DNA of 64,000 nt from a virus (Duplodnaviria; Caudoviricetes). Below, in pieces: positions 31,208 through 41,558 of this stretch. The stretch spans positions 1-64,000 of the IMG/VR virus record IMGVR_UViG_3300034155_000027; one strand, written 5' to 3'. Made by a program: the position numbers and the translations under genes. Position 1 is the stretch's first letter. Each line of letters begins with the position of its first letter. Below the pieces are notes generated by a model that saw nothing but the letters and a program-made list of their open reading frames with translations, was not told where the DNA came from and did not search any database.

Positions 31208-32416
31208 ATGTATATAGCTATATACTTTATGTATTTTGCTTATCATTTTCCTCTAAAACCTTCACCTTCTCAAGTTATTCAACTTGATAAGATGTTTAAT
31301 ATTGGAAGAAATTTTTGGAATCATATTGTTAATCTAAATATTGAAGAATATAAAAATACTAAGAAATCATTATCAAAATCAGATTTAGAACATTTAGTAA
31401 AAGATTATAAAAAATTATCTAGCGATTTAGATAATATACACACTCATATTTATCAAAATATAATTACAAGATATTGCAATGCAAAATCTAATTCTTTTTT
31501 AAAATTGAAAAAAGATAAGAAATTAGAACTTCCTAAATTTAAAAATGATTTATTTTTATCCTCTTTGTCTTTTAAAGAATATGGAAATGGTTGTAAAATA
31601 ATAGGAAATAAAGTTAAGTTTAATTATTTAACTATACCTTTTAAAAAATATCAAGAAATTAAAGGTAATATAAAAACAATTCAAATTAAAAGAATTAATT
31701 CTAAAAAATTTATTTTAATTCTTGTATGTCAATTTCCTGATATTATTTATGAAAATAATTATCATAATAAAATAATGAATCAATATCAAAACTTGGTTTA
31801 TTATATTAAAGATAAAAATATAATAGAAGATAATAAAATAATTGGAATAGATTTAGGAATAGAGAAATTAGCAGTATGTAGTAATGGTAAAGTATTTCAA
31901 AATCCTAAACATATTAAGAAATATGAAAATCAATTACAAAAACTTAGAGAAAAGAAAAAAAGACAAAACAAAGAATCTAAGAGATATCAGAAAACATGTG
32001 AAAAATATAGAAAGAAGCATGAAAAAGTAAATAATTGTAGAAGAGATTATTTACATAGGATAAGTAAGGAAATAGTTTTAACATGCGAGACTATAGTAAT
32101 AGAAGATTTAAATATACAAAAGATGATGAAAAGTGATAAGATATATTCAATAATAAAAAAATATATCTCTGATGCAAGTTGGGCAATGTTAGGATACATG
32201 TTACAATATAAGAGTAATAAATATGGGAAAACATTAATAAAGGTTGCGCCAGAATATACATCACAAATATGTAATAATTGTGGAAATATAAAAAAGAAAG
32301 AATTATCAGAAAGAGAACATAATTGTGAAAAATGTGGATATAAAACAGATAGAGATTTAAACGCAGCAATAAATATAAGAGAAAGATATAAGAGGTCTGG
32401 AACAGACCTCCAGTAG
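31208..32416 (+). CDS. tnpB: RNA-guided endonuclease TnpB
   Basis: IGIDLG (RuvC-I), IVIEDL (RuvC-II), TSQICNNCG..CEKCG zinc finger, DRDLNAAINI (RuvC-III). Confidence 0.95.
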   Translation: MYIAIYFMYFAYHFPLKPSPSQVIQLDKMFNIGRNFWNHIVNLNIEEYKNTKKSLSKSDLEHLVKDYKKLSSDLDNIHTHIYQNIITRYCNAKSNSFLKLKKDKKLELPKFKNDLFLSSLSFKEYGNGCKIIGNKVKFNYLTIPFKKYQEIKGNIKTIQIKRINSKKFILILVCQFPDIIYENNYHNKIMNQYQNLVYYIKDKNIIEDNKIIGIDLGIEKLAVCSNGKVFQNPKHIKKYENQLQKLREKKKRQNKESKRYQKTCEKYRKKHEKVNNCRRDYLHRISKEIVLTCETIVIEDLNIQKMMKSDKIYSIIKKYISDASWAMLGYMLQYKSNKYGKTLIKVAPEYTSQICNNCGNIKKKELSEREHNCEKCGYKTDRDLNAAINIRERYKRSGTDLQ

Positions 32417-32487
32417 GAAACTACTGAGAATTCCCTTCCAAACTTTACTTGGTGGGGGTAGGTTCAACTATACCACTAAAATGGTAA
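32390..32487 (+). ncRNA. 3' part of the TnpB omega/reRNA scaffold plus flanking guide
   Basis: Hairpins GAGGTCTG-GAA-CAGACCTC and CAGTAG-GAAA-CTACTG, then the right-end hairpin and TCAA; the guide would start CTATACCACTAAAATGG. The 5' boundary is unknown. Confidence 0.6.
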
Positions 32488-33495
32488 AGATCCATATCCA
32501 GCAGATCCTGGAGGCATTCCACCAATTCCACTACTAGAACCAGGAAATGCAAATCCATAATCTGTGGAATTATCTCTTAAACCTATATCTAATATATTGT
32601 TTATGTCTTCAAATTCTTCTTCTTGTATATTTATTAATACATTAGGAGAAATTATAAAATATTGATTATATTTAAAAATACCAATATCAATATCATTTCT
32701 AAATAATTTATTAATTAAATCTTTATTTGGAGATTTATTAATATTTTCTATCTTAGCATAAGATATAATAGAAGCAGAAAATAATTTACCATTATTATCT
32801 GTAGGATATTGGGAGGCTTTTTCTTTTGAAGACCACCACCAATTATTTGATTTTAATAAATCAGAAGATTTACATTTACAATAAATTTTTTGATATGCTA
32901 CTCTAGTAAGATTATCTTCTCTATCAGATATTGGCGAATTGAAACTTGGGACATTTTGAATAGATAAATTACTATTTCCACTTGGGTTGTTACCAAAAGA
33001 ATTGGTTTGTCTTGTTAAAGATACAGAATCTAAATTATTATTATCAAGTTCTTTTGAATATTGTTTTACTGCATTATAATAAGTTTGTCTTGTTTTTTTA
33101 GATAATCCAGAACCCATTCCAAAACGATATGCTTCTGTTAATGCTTTAATTAAAGACCAACCAGAAAATAATCTAAACATAGCAATTGCCATTCCTGTGC
33201 GATCTTTTCCATGAAAACAATGAATATATGTTGGTCCATCATCTAATAAAGTTGGAATTATATTCTTTTTCAAAAATGAAATTTTAGGATCTAAACCATC
33301 TCCTAAACCTAAAATAATATGTTTAATATTTAATGCCTTGCAAAACGGATCAATCTCTTTACCTGCACGATCATCTAATGAAATTATTTTAGTTATATTA
33401 TATGTGTTTTTTAAAGTATATAAATCGTGAAAAATAGGATAAGGCTTACCTCCTCTATATAATTTTTCAGTTACTTTAGAAAATCTGGTTGGCAT
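32476..33495 (-). CDS. Cys-based tyrosine/dual-specificity phosphatase with extra C-terminal domain
   Basis: LYRGGKP, IISLD, YIHCFHGKDRTG (HCX5R). Confidence 0.85.
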   Translation of the reverse strand: MPTRFSKVTEKLYRGGKPYPIFHDLYTLKNTYNITKIISLDDRAGKEIDPFCKALNIKHIILGLGDGLDPKISFLKKNIIPTLLDDGPTYIHCFHGKDRTGMAIAMFRLFSGWSLIKALTEAYRFGMGSGLSKKTRQTYYNAVKQYSKELDNNNLDSVSLTRQTNSFGNNPSGNSNLSIQNVPSFNSPISDREDNLTRVAYQKIYCKCKSSDLLKSNNWWWSSKEKASQYPTDNNGKLFSASIISYAKIENINKSPNKDLINKLFRNDIDIGIFKYNQYFIISPNVLINIQEEEFEDINNILDIGLRDNSTDYGFAFPGSSSGIGGMPPGSAGYGSLPF

Positions 33496-33533
33496 ATTAA
33501 TATCTCTTTGTATTTGTATACAAAATTAATAGT

Positions 33534-35549
33534 TTAGATAGTTTTTGCAGCTCCTTCAGTTGATCTTAATACCAACCTTGCATTATTAGAACTATACATA
33601 TATATATTTTCAGCATCAAAATACATATTTCCATTTACTGATTTTAATCTTAATTCTCCCTCACTAACAATATCTAATCTCTGAGGTGTATGAATTTTAA
33701 TACCTTCACTATCTATTCTTATTGTATGAAAGCTTCCAGAATTCCACACCCTAATATCAACAACCCCATCTCTCATTTCATTATTATATTCTGAGAATCT
33801 TAAATCATTAGATATTGTAGATCCTCCAACCTGCATAAATAAATCACCATCTAATGTAGCTGCTATAGATTTATTAAATTTATCTCTACCAATTGCGGCC
33901 ACAATGCCACCAGCACAATCTAACCACATACTCTGTCTATCAACTGTATTTGCACCTATACTTAAAGATATAAATCCATCTAATGATAAAGTCCCGCTAC
34001 GACCACCTGCATTTGATCCTTCTCCAGATACTATAATTTCTTTAGATATTATATCTTCTACTGGTGGTACAAAATTTAATAAACTATTAGGATATCCACC
34101 AGTTCCTTTATATGGTTCTTTAAACTTATGAAGAAAAAGTACATTTGAAATATCATGAAATCCTGTACCTAATTTTATAGGATCTCCTGTTATTCTATCA
34201 GTAGCCGCTGAAAAACTCTTCAAAGATTCTTCATTGCTTTTTAACTCTACTATTCCTTGTCCATGTGGTTCTAATTGTATATCTGTATTATTTGTTACAT
34301 TCCTTATAAATGAACCACGATCTTCATCGTATTCAGCCCCTTTTAAATTAGAGAAATTTTCTTGTCTTACTAAAACGGGTATGTTTCCAGTTTCACTAGA
34401 GCTTGGTACATTAATTTTAAATTGACCTTCTTTATCAATATCTACAGAAAATCTACTTCGTGCTCTAATATAATTATCAAAATTTTCGTAATCAGGAAGC
34501 GTATCTTCTAAACCAGCTTTCCTGGCATTTAATTCAAAATGATAAGCTATACTTTTTCTTAGTTGTTCTCGCAGTTTTTGAAATACAATATTTTGATCTT
34601 CTTCAGATTTTCTAAAAGATAAAGAATCAATTAATCCGCTTGGTAAAGGATTCCTATTAATATCTAAAATATTTCCATAAATATCAACAACTGTACCAAT
34701 AACTGTTTCTAATAAAAAGTTTGGATGATCTAAGCTTAAACTTAAAATATCTGTTCTACTATCTTTTCTTTGATATGGTTTTGGTCCAGATAAATCTTCT
34801 CCAGCATATAATCTTGCCTCGTCTTTATCATTTGAAAATCTAAAATTACTAACAAATTCATAAAATATTGAATGAGCCTCTGTTAATGCCGGGTTTCTAT
34901 TTGCTGCAACGGATAAAGATGGTTCTGTTCTAGGATCTAATCCAATTGCTGTTAATCCATTATTATATGTATGGCTTGTTAACGAAGACCCAGAAACACC
35001 TCTATCATTATTAGATTCAATATCTCTTAATAATGGTCCTGTTATATTTCTATTAGCTTGCGTAAAATGTAATTCTTGATTAAATCTGGAACTATAAATT
35101 CCTTTAATTGGATCTAATTGAGAAAATTGTACAGAGTCTCCATCAATTATACCTTCTTTAGGATCAACGATATGAGAAATATCATTTTCAACTAATGTTA
35201 AATAACGTCCAGGTTTAAATTTATTAGAAAGATTAACTCTTCTTAATCCATCGTTATCATAAATTCCAGTTGTAGTATTGTTATCATAAGATAAAAATAC
35301 CCATTCATTACCCTGGGCCATTTCAACAAATATATTTGTTCCTCTTTCCGGAAAACCACCAGAAAACTGTCCTTTTGGACCTCGCCATGCAGCAGGAATT
35401 TTTACTGGAAATGTAGTATCTGATTGTCCTAATGGTAATGAAAAATATGCAATTCCAGAGTTTATATCAAAACTTCTTATAATTCCACGAACAGGAATTC
35501 CATGAACAGATCCTACATCACCTCCACCATGTGTTAAAAATTTACTCAC
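33534..35549 (-). CDS. Putative baseplate central spike (gp5/gpV-like)
   Basis: N-terminal OB-fold-like segment (RGIIRSFD...GFPERGTNIFV) and C-terminal beta-strand repeats; follows the hub gene. Confidence 0.5.
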   Translation of the reverse strand: MSKFLTHGGGDVGSVHGIPVRGIIRSFDINSGIAYFSLPLGQSDTTFPVKIPAAWRGPKGQFSGGFPERGTNIFVEMAQGNEWVFLSYDNNTTTGIYDNDGLRRVNLSNKFKPGRYLTLVENDISHIVDPKEGIIDGDSVQFSQLDPIKGIYSSRFNQELHFTQANRNITGPLLRDIESNNDRGVSGSSLTSHTYNNGLTAIGLDPRTEPSLSVAANRNPALTEAHSIFYEFVSNFRFSNDKDEARLYAGEDLSGPKPYQRKDSRTDILSLSLDHPNFLLETVIGTVVDIYGNILDINRNPLPSGLIDSLSFRKSEEDQNIVFQKLREQLRKSIAYHFELNARKAGLEDTLPDYENFDNYIRARSRFSVDIDKEGQFKINVPSSSETGNIPVLVRQENFSNLKGAEYDEDRGSFIRNVTNNTDIQLEPHGQGIVELKSNEESLKSFSAATDRITGDPIKLGTGFHDISNVLFLHKFKEPYKGTGGYPNSLLNFVPPVEDIISKEIIVSGEGSNAGGRSGTLSLDGFISLSIGANTVDRQSMWLDCAGGIVAAIGRDKFNKSIAATLDGDLFMQVGGSTISNDLRFSEYNNEMRDGVVDIRVWNSGSFHTIRIDSEGIKIHTPQRLDIVSEGELRLKSVNGNMYFDAENIYMYSSNNARLVLRSTEGAAKTI

Positions 35550-35558
35550 AAAATTCTC

Positions 35559-38500
35559 CTATCTTTCAGTTAGCCCCTGTTTTGCCGCATTTATTTTTGT
35601 ATTATCTTCTTGATCTGCTTGACTATTTCCATTGGTTTGACTTGTTGTATTTTCTTTAACTATTTCATAATCTATAAATATATCTATAACATTATTTGCT
35701 AATAAATATTTAAATTGATCTGGGTTTGACTCTCCAGTGTCTATTAATCTTGTAACCGAAATTGCAGCTGTAGATGGTCCTTGTTTATTTTCAAATGTTC
35801 CTAAATCATTTTGAGGGTGTTCTCTTCTTCTTGTTTGTTTTTGAGGATCTGATAAATCTACTTCTTCTATTATTATATCATTAGAATTAATTCCAAATGA
35901 TTTTTGTTTTGAATTTCCACTATTATCAAATGAAATTGGTATTAATCCATCACCACTATTTTGTTCTGGGTTTAATAACCAATTAAATATATTATCTGCT
36001 AAATTATACATTTTATTAGAATCTGAAGTTATACTCTTGTAATATACTATTTTTATCTTAGCTTCTTGTCTACTAAATGTTACTTTATTTAAACTGCCAC
36101 TAATAGCAAATAACATATTGCTCATTATATTTAAGTTTCGTTCACCAAATTTTCCTTGTAGTAATAAATTCATTGGTTCTGTTTCTGAAGATGTCGGATC
36201 AACAACTAATGCACCAAGAGAACGCGCAGAACCAAGCATTTGGAATCTTTCACTTCTAAACTGACCAGTAAATCCTTTTGCATTATATAATATTTTACCA
36301 ACGACATCTAACATTGTAGGAATATATTCACCAGGATTATGGCCATAACATAATCCTAATGTTGTAGATAATTTATTATAGCTAAATGAATGTTTTACTG
36401 ATTTAACATAAAATAATAAACCCCTATCTTCAATATATATAACATCTCCTGGTTGATAAAATTCATTATAACCATTAATATCTGTAGATCCTTGTAATAT
36501 ATTTTCTCTAGATTCTAATAAAATAGCAACCGCGTAAGGAGAGCATTGACTATCAGGATCTGATAAATATGGAGCTTCAATTGGTTTTGATGTTTTAAAT
36601 CCATATTGATACCACATATCATAATCAACTGCATAAGCAGACGTGATCATGTTACCATCATTTGAGGTTTTGAAATTATTAGGAATATCTATAATTCCTT
36701 TATCAATAACTCCATTAACAGTAACCATAGTAAATGGTGGTGGGTTTTCTGAAATTGTTATACTACTAATTCTATCAGGAGTAAGAATAAAGCGCCTACC
36801 AGAACCAATTCCAAGATCATCATCTGATTCATATTCCATCATATGTTCTAGGAATTGTGGTATTTCTGTTTTTCTATTTAAAAATGGAGTAACAGCTGAT
36901 TTTGCAGATGTATTAACACTCGAATATGTAAAGATTCCATCACTTGTATCGTTTTGTACATCTGGAGCATTAATTGATACACCTTCTTGTAATGAATTAA
37001 TTGCATTTTTTACAGATTTTAATAATAATTGACGCTGAGAAATAAAATTACTTAATTGATGAAATATATTTACCCTATCAGTATTACTAACTGATTGGTT
37101 TGTTAATCTTCTGAATTTATTATTACCAAAGAGTTGTGTAATTGTTGCCGCTTCACGTCCTGTTTTAATTCTTAATCTATCTCTAATTGGTTCAATGATA
37201 TCAGTTTGAGTATCAGGGGAAATGTTTCTATTAAAATTATCAATTGCTGTTGCTTGTACAGAAGGTGTAAATAATTGATGTACTTGTAAATTTTTAGATA
37301 TCGCAGATGAATAACTTCCCAACTCTTCTAACGCTTGTGTTTGCCAACTTTCTGTAAATTCTGGAGTTGTTTGAAGTAATAAATTGTGTAAATTTTGTGT
37401 TCCAATTCTTCCATCACCATGAAAACTAGTTAAAAATCCAAAATCTTCTGATGCTCCAGAACCATTTCCACCAGTTGTAAGTAAACTTACAATATCATTA
37501 TCATTTTTTGATCCTAATGCTATTGCCCTTAAACGAATTTCGTCTTCAATAATTTCAATTTGATTAAATATTCCTCTAACCTGGTTAAAATATAAATTCT
37601 CAAGGAAATCAGGAAACACTTTAATTCCTGTAGCATCCCTGTCTTTAAACATTTTATAAAATACTGTACTTGGAATTTTATTATATGCTGGTGGTCTTAC
37701 TTCAATATGTCCCTGTGTATTTGCAAATACTTCTAATCCTAATAATTTTTTAACACCAATTATTTGGTCACTAATATTTGAATATTGACTATTAAATAAT
37801 TCAATTTTTCCACCAAGCTTTCTTTCAAAGGCTTGAATATCTAGATTTTTATCATATTGATCATCAACTATAAATAAATTTACATCTTCATTTGCTTTTG
37901 TTTGCCAATATTTTCTTGCTGTATTTTTCCTCAACATCATTCTCATTTGTAATTCATCCCGCTGTTTATCAGCTGGTGTTGAACTAACATCATTTGTAGA
38001 AGATAATGTTGAACTTACTTCATTTCCAATTAAAGATAAATTTGAAGATATTGAAGAGTTAAACTCTGACTGTAATTGTGCTATTTCATTACTAAGAGCA
38101 TTAATTTTAGTTTGATAACTATCTGAACCAGATGTATCAATTGAAGACTGATCACTTCTTACTGTTGGTTTTCCTTGTTGCCCAATAGAATAAGCAGATG
38201 ATACATCAAATGATCCACCTGTTCTAAGAATCATTTCATCTTCTAATTTGGCTCTTTCATTTAATTTCTGTGTTAATCTTTGATTTGTTGATACTAAATC
38301 TAATCTTGATTCTGCTACAAATTTACCAAGAGTAGAGTTCATTTGTATTGCTTTATAAGGGACAAAATTTCCCCAAATTGTATTATTTTTCTCAATTTCA
38401 GATAATAACCCCTGAATATAAGTTATAGCAGATGGTATATTTGATGCTTCATCTTTATGGCCAAGAGAGTTTCCATTAGCAATAGCTGATGTTAAAAATG

Positions 38501-40610
38501 TTTCATAATTATATGGTTGACCAGTAACTAATAATGATAATACATTCATTATATCTTGACCAGCAAAAGGTTGATTTGTTAATAAAACACTTTTTTCATG
38601 GTCTGTTGAAGATTCTGGATATGGTCTACCAGATTTTGTTAATGTTTGTATTCCTTGCTTCCAACGATAAACCATCCCATCAGCATCGTGTAATACTCTT
38701 TTAAATTGATCAAATGATAATTCATTTGTTACATCAGAATATGCTTTCAATGAAATTGGTGTGCCTTTATTAGGTCCGCTTTTAAAGGTTGATAATCCAC
38801 TTAATAATAATTTTTGATTTTCTGGTAAAAGCGGTGGAAAATCACCTGACCCAATATCAGTAAGCGGAACTCCTGTAGACGCATCAAAACTAACATCAAA
38901 AGGTGTTAAAGGATCATATATGCTAGAATTAAAAACATCTGCAGATGGTTTAAAGTTTACTTGTCCTTTATCAAAGAAACCAGTATTGTCTTCACAAGGA
39001 ACAGAAATGGTAAATTTACCATCACTCCAAGAACCAGTAACTCCTTGTTGTCCTTTTCCAACTATTCCTGTAAATATACATGGTCCTGCAGGTTGCCCTG
39101 TAATATCAGATTTAAATTGTCTCCATAACCATTTTGGCATTCCAGGACCAACTGTACTTAATCTTTCTACATCATCAAAATCAATTCCTTTATTGTTAAA
39201 AGAATTTAATGAATGAATTTCTGTATTTATATTTTTGATAATTGTATCAAATTTTTGTCTAACACCCATTCCTGATGCAGCTTGTTGTTTAGCAAACCCT
39301 CCAGGCATCTTTTCATCTTCACCTGTTCTTGAAGACATGAAAATTGAAACTATATCCATAGGTTGGATTATATATTTTCCTTGAAAAAATAATCTCATCC
39401 TATTTCTAGCATAGTTTACTTCAATATTATTTTTATTTATCTGTTTCTGGTTTGTAGCATTTTGATCTAATAATAAAAATATATTAGATATAATTGAAAC
39501 AAATTTCTCTTTTTCTGAAGGGTTTAATTGGTTATTTTCTCTAATCGAAATTATATTATTACCATGAATAAATTCAGGTTCTATTTGTACAGACCCAGAT
39601 GAAAATATATTTCCAATAGAAGTTACACAATCTGTTAAGTTTTCAGCCTTATCTAAACCTTCTGCTGCATTTTGAATACCAGTAGAATAATTAAATATAA
39701 TTTCTCTACCTTCATCATCCATTATAGCACGAACCTTTTTAGATATAATAGAACCATTGCTAATTTTAAATGTAATTTGGCTTGCTGCTCTATTGTATCT
39801 TTCTAAAGCTAAATCGGCTTTTAATTGATCAATTTGTTTTTGTAATTCTATTTGTGTAAATTTAGCAAATGATCCTATAGAACCAGACAATAAAGGATTT
39901 GTAACATCTGACAATGCTTGATCAATATCTTTCTCAGTAATCGTCATTAAGTTATAAGGGTCTTCAATAGTTAACTGAGCATTTCCTTCACCCCAAGAAG
40001 TTGTAACAGTTGTACTAAGCCCAGAAATATTTGTTAATTCAAACGTTCCTGTACCTACACCAGATCTGTCTGAAAATGCTGAATCTAAATCGTTTACAGT
40101 CCAATTTGTTAATTCACCTGGTTGAGCATAAGATAATACTTTTCTTAATTGCTCCATTGCAGATTTTTCTTTACCGTCTAATTCAAACAAACCACTATCT
40201 AAAACATTTAATAAAGATGGTCCTAAAAATGTATTAAATCTATCAGATTCATATGTTAATTTTTCTATTTTATTTATTTTTTCATATGCTGATATTAAGG
40301 TACATTTATTTTGAAACAATCTTTTTGAAGCAGCGATTAATATTCTTTCTTTATTTTCTAATAAATCTAATCTTGAGTTTTCGCTTAAAGAAGAAAACAT
40401 TCTTTTTTTAATAATTACATAAATATCAGGTTGTTGAAATAATATAGCTGTACTTCTAGGTCTTAAATTCCTAATAAAACCATCTTCTATATAAGATCGT
40501 TCTGCGCTTTTATCAGTGCTTTCAGCGATTTTACCAAGAGAATTAGGTTTATTTTCACCCATACCAAACTGAGTGTTTATTGTATCTGTTAGTTTAGATA
40601 AAAATCCCAT
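35559..40610 (-). CDS. Putative baseplate hub (gp27/gpD-like) protein
   Basis: LEVFANTQGHIEVRPP, YQYGFK, QPGDVIYIEDRGLLFYVKSVKHSF..TTLGL; position after the tape measure and tube-initiator genes. Confidence 0.6.
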   Translation of the reverse strand: MGFLSKLTDTINTQFGMGENKPNSLGKIAESTDKSAERSYIEDGFIRNLRPRSTAILFQQPDIYVIIKKRMFSSLSENSRLDLLENKERILIAASKRLFQNKCTLISAYEKINKIEKLTYESDRFNTFLGPSLLNVLDSGLFELDGKEKSAMEQLRKVLSYAQPGELTNWTVNDLDSAFSDRSGVGTGTFELTNISGLSTTVTTSWGEGNAQLTIEDPYNLMTITEKDIDQALSDVTNPLLSGSIGSFAKFTQIELQKQIDQLKADLALERYNRAASQITFKISNGSIISKKVRAIMDDEGREIIFNYSTGIQNAAEGLDKAENLTDCVTSIGNIFSSGSVQIEPEFIHGNNIISIRENNQLNPSEKEKFVSIISNIFLLLDQNATNQKQINKNNIEVNYARNRMRLFFQGKYIIQPMDIVSIFMSSRTGEDEKMPGGFAKQQAASGMGVRQKFDTIIKNINTEIHSLNSFNNKGIDFDDVERLSTVGPGMPKWLWRQFKSDITGQPAGPCIFTGIVGKGQQGVTGSWSDGKFTISVPCEDNTGFFDKGQVNFKPSADVFNSSIYDPLTPFDVSFDASTGVPLTDIGSGDFPPLLPENQKLLLSGLSTFKSGPNKGTPISLKAYSDVTNELSFDQFKRVLHDADGMVYRWKQGIQTLTKSGRPYPESSTDHEKSVLLTNQPFAGQDIMNVLSLLVTGQPYNYETFLTSAIANGNSLGHKDEASNIPSAITYIQGLLSEIEKNNTIWGNFVPYKAIQMNSTLGKFVAESRLDLVSTNQRLTQKLNERAKLEDEMILRTGGSFDVSSAYSIGQQGKPTVRSDQSSIDTSGSDSYQTKINALSNEIAQLQSEFNSSISSNLSLIGNEVSSTLSSTNDVSSTPADKQRDELQMRMMLRKNTARKYWQTKANEDVNLFIVDDQYDKNLDIQAFERKLGGKIELFNSQYSNISDQIIGVKKLLGLEVFANTQGHIEVRPPAYNKIPSTVFYKMFKDRDATGIKVFPDFLENLYFNQVRGIFNQIEIIEDEIRLRAIALGSKNDNDIVSLLTTGGNGSGASEDFGFLTSFHGDGRIGTQNLHNLLLQTTPEFTESWQTQALEELGSYSSAISKNLQVHQLFTPSVQATAIDNFNRNISPDTQTDIIEPIRDRLRIKTGREAATITQLFGNNKFRRLTNQSVSNTDRVNIFHQLSNFISQRQLLLKSVKNAINSLQEGVSINAPDVQNDTSDGIFTYSSVNTSAKSAVTPFLNRKTEIPQFLEHMMEYESDDDLGIGSGRRFILTPDRISSITISENPPPFTMVTVNGVIDKGIIDIPNNFKTSNDGNMITSAYAVDYDMWYQYGFKTSKPIEAPYLSDPDSQCSPYAVAILLESRENILQGSTDINGYNEFYQPGDVIYIEDRGLLFYVKSVKHSFSYNKLSTTLGLCYGHNPGEYIPTMLDVVGKILYNAKGFTGQFRSERFQMLGSARSLGALVVDPTSSETEPMNLLLQGKFGERNLNIMSNMLFAISGSLNKVTFSRQEAKIKIVYYKSITSDSNKMYNLADNIFNWLLNPEQNSGDGLIPISFDNSGNSKQKSFGINSNDIIIEEVDLSDPQKQTRRREHPQNDLGTFENKQGPSTAAISVTRLIDTGESNPDQFKYLLANNVIDIFIDYEIVKENTTSQTNGNSQADQEDNTKINAAKQGLTER

Positions 40611-40613
40611 AAT

Positions 40614-41555
40614 TTAAAGTGGCCTATAACTTTGTAATAATTTGTCAATATTTTTAATTTGTGATATTGTATTTGTTACTGGTGATACACTTGGAGATTT
40701 TGTTCTTAATGTACCAAAAGAATAAGGTGTACCAAATGCAGGGTCCGAATTAGAAGGACCATTAACCGCACTTCTATGCCAAGGCATGAAATTAAGCCTC
40801 ATTCCTCGTTTTTGAGTTACTGTAAAACTAATTTCATAATCAAATAATCCCAATTTATCCGCACTTTCATCTACTGACATTTGTGTAAAAAATCCTCTAA
40901 ATACCCATCCTGACCAATACATCTCTGTTTGAAATGCTAAAGATGCTAATGTCATTCTTTGAGCTGTAGGATTGGTTGAACCAGCTTCTAAAATATTTAA
41001 AACACTATCTGATACACCAACACCAATTGCAGATCCTATAGATCCTAAAACAGATTCACCACCAATAATATTTTCTAATAAACCACCAGTAGATGTATTT
41101 TCTTCTCTAGCAGCTTCAGCTGCCTGTGCTAATACATCAAATACTATTTGTTCATTTCTATAAATATCATAAAGTACATTAATACCCTCGACACCTGAAG
41201 AACCAGTAGTTCCTCTAATAGATAAATTTCCTAATTCTTCTCCCCAATATTGAATATTATATCCACCACGAGTCCTGGTTGGTGTAGGTATATGTTTTTT
41301 ATCTGTATATTTAATGCTTTGAGGATTAATATACATTTCAATAATACCTGTTTCTGGTAAAAACCATCTAACTAAATTTCTTTTTGCTATACCTGTTCTC
41401 TCATTTGGTATTTGTGCTTGTCTAACATTCATTCCACTGGCCTGTGGGATAGTTGCTAAATCACTAAAACCAGAGGAGTTTCCTGCACTTGTTCTACCAA
41501 CATTAGTTATTGGATCAATGTATTGGTCTTCAATTTGTGAAAAAATATTACCCAT
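40614..41555 (-). CDS. Tail tube initiator / baseplate tube-like protein (gp48/gp54-like)
   Basis: MYINPQSIKY, RTRGG..QYWGEEL..LSIRGTTG, FRGFFTQMSVDE, FDYEISFTV. Confidence 0.6.
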   Translation of the reverse strand: MGNIFSQIEDQYIDPITNVGRTSAGNSSGFSDLATIPQASGMNVRQAQIPNERTGIAKRNLVRWFLPETGIIEMYINPQSIKYTDKKHIPTPTRTRGGYNIQYWGEELGNLSIRGTTGSSGVEGINVLYDIYRNEQIVFDVLAQAAEAAREENTSTGGLLENIIGGESVLGSIGSAIGVGVSDSVLNILEAGSTNPTAQRMTLASLAFQTEMYWSGWVFRGFFTQMSVDESADKLGLFDYEISFTVTQKRGMRLNFMPWHRSAVNGPSNSDPAFGTPYSFGTLRTKSPSVSPVTNTISQIKNIDKLLQSYRPL

Positions 41556-41558
41556 AAA

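Larger units (their letters stand above)
30752..32467. mobile_element. IS200/IS605-family element with divergent tnpA and tnpB
   Basis: Related subterminal hairpins at 30765-30791 and 32432-32458. Right end has guide GAAT (32428-31) and terminal TCAA (32464-67) as in IS608. Left boundary is approximate (after TTAC at 30748-51). Confidence 0.88.
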
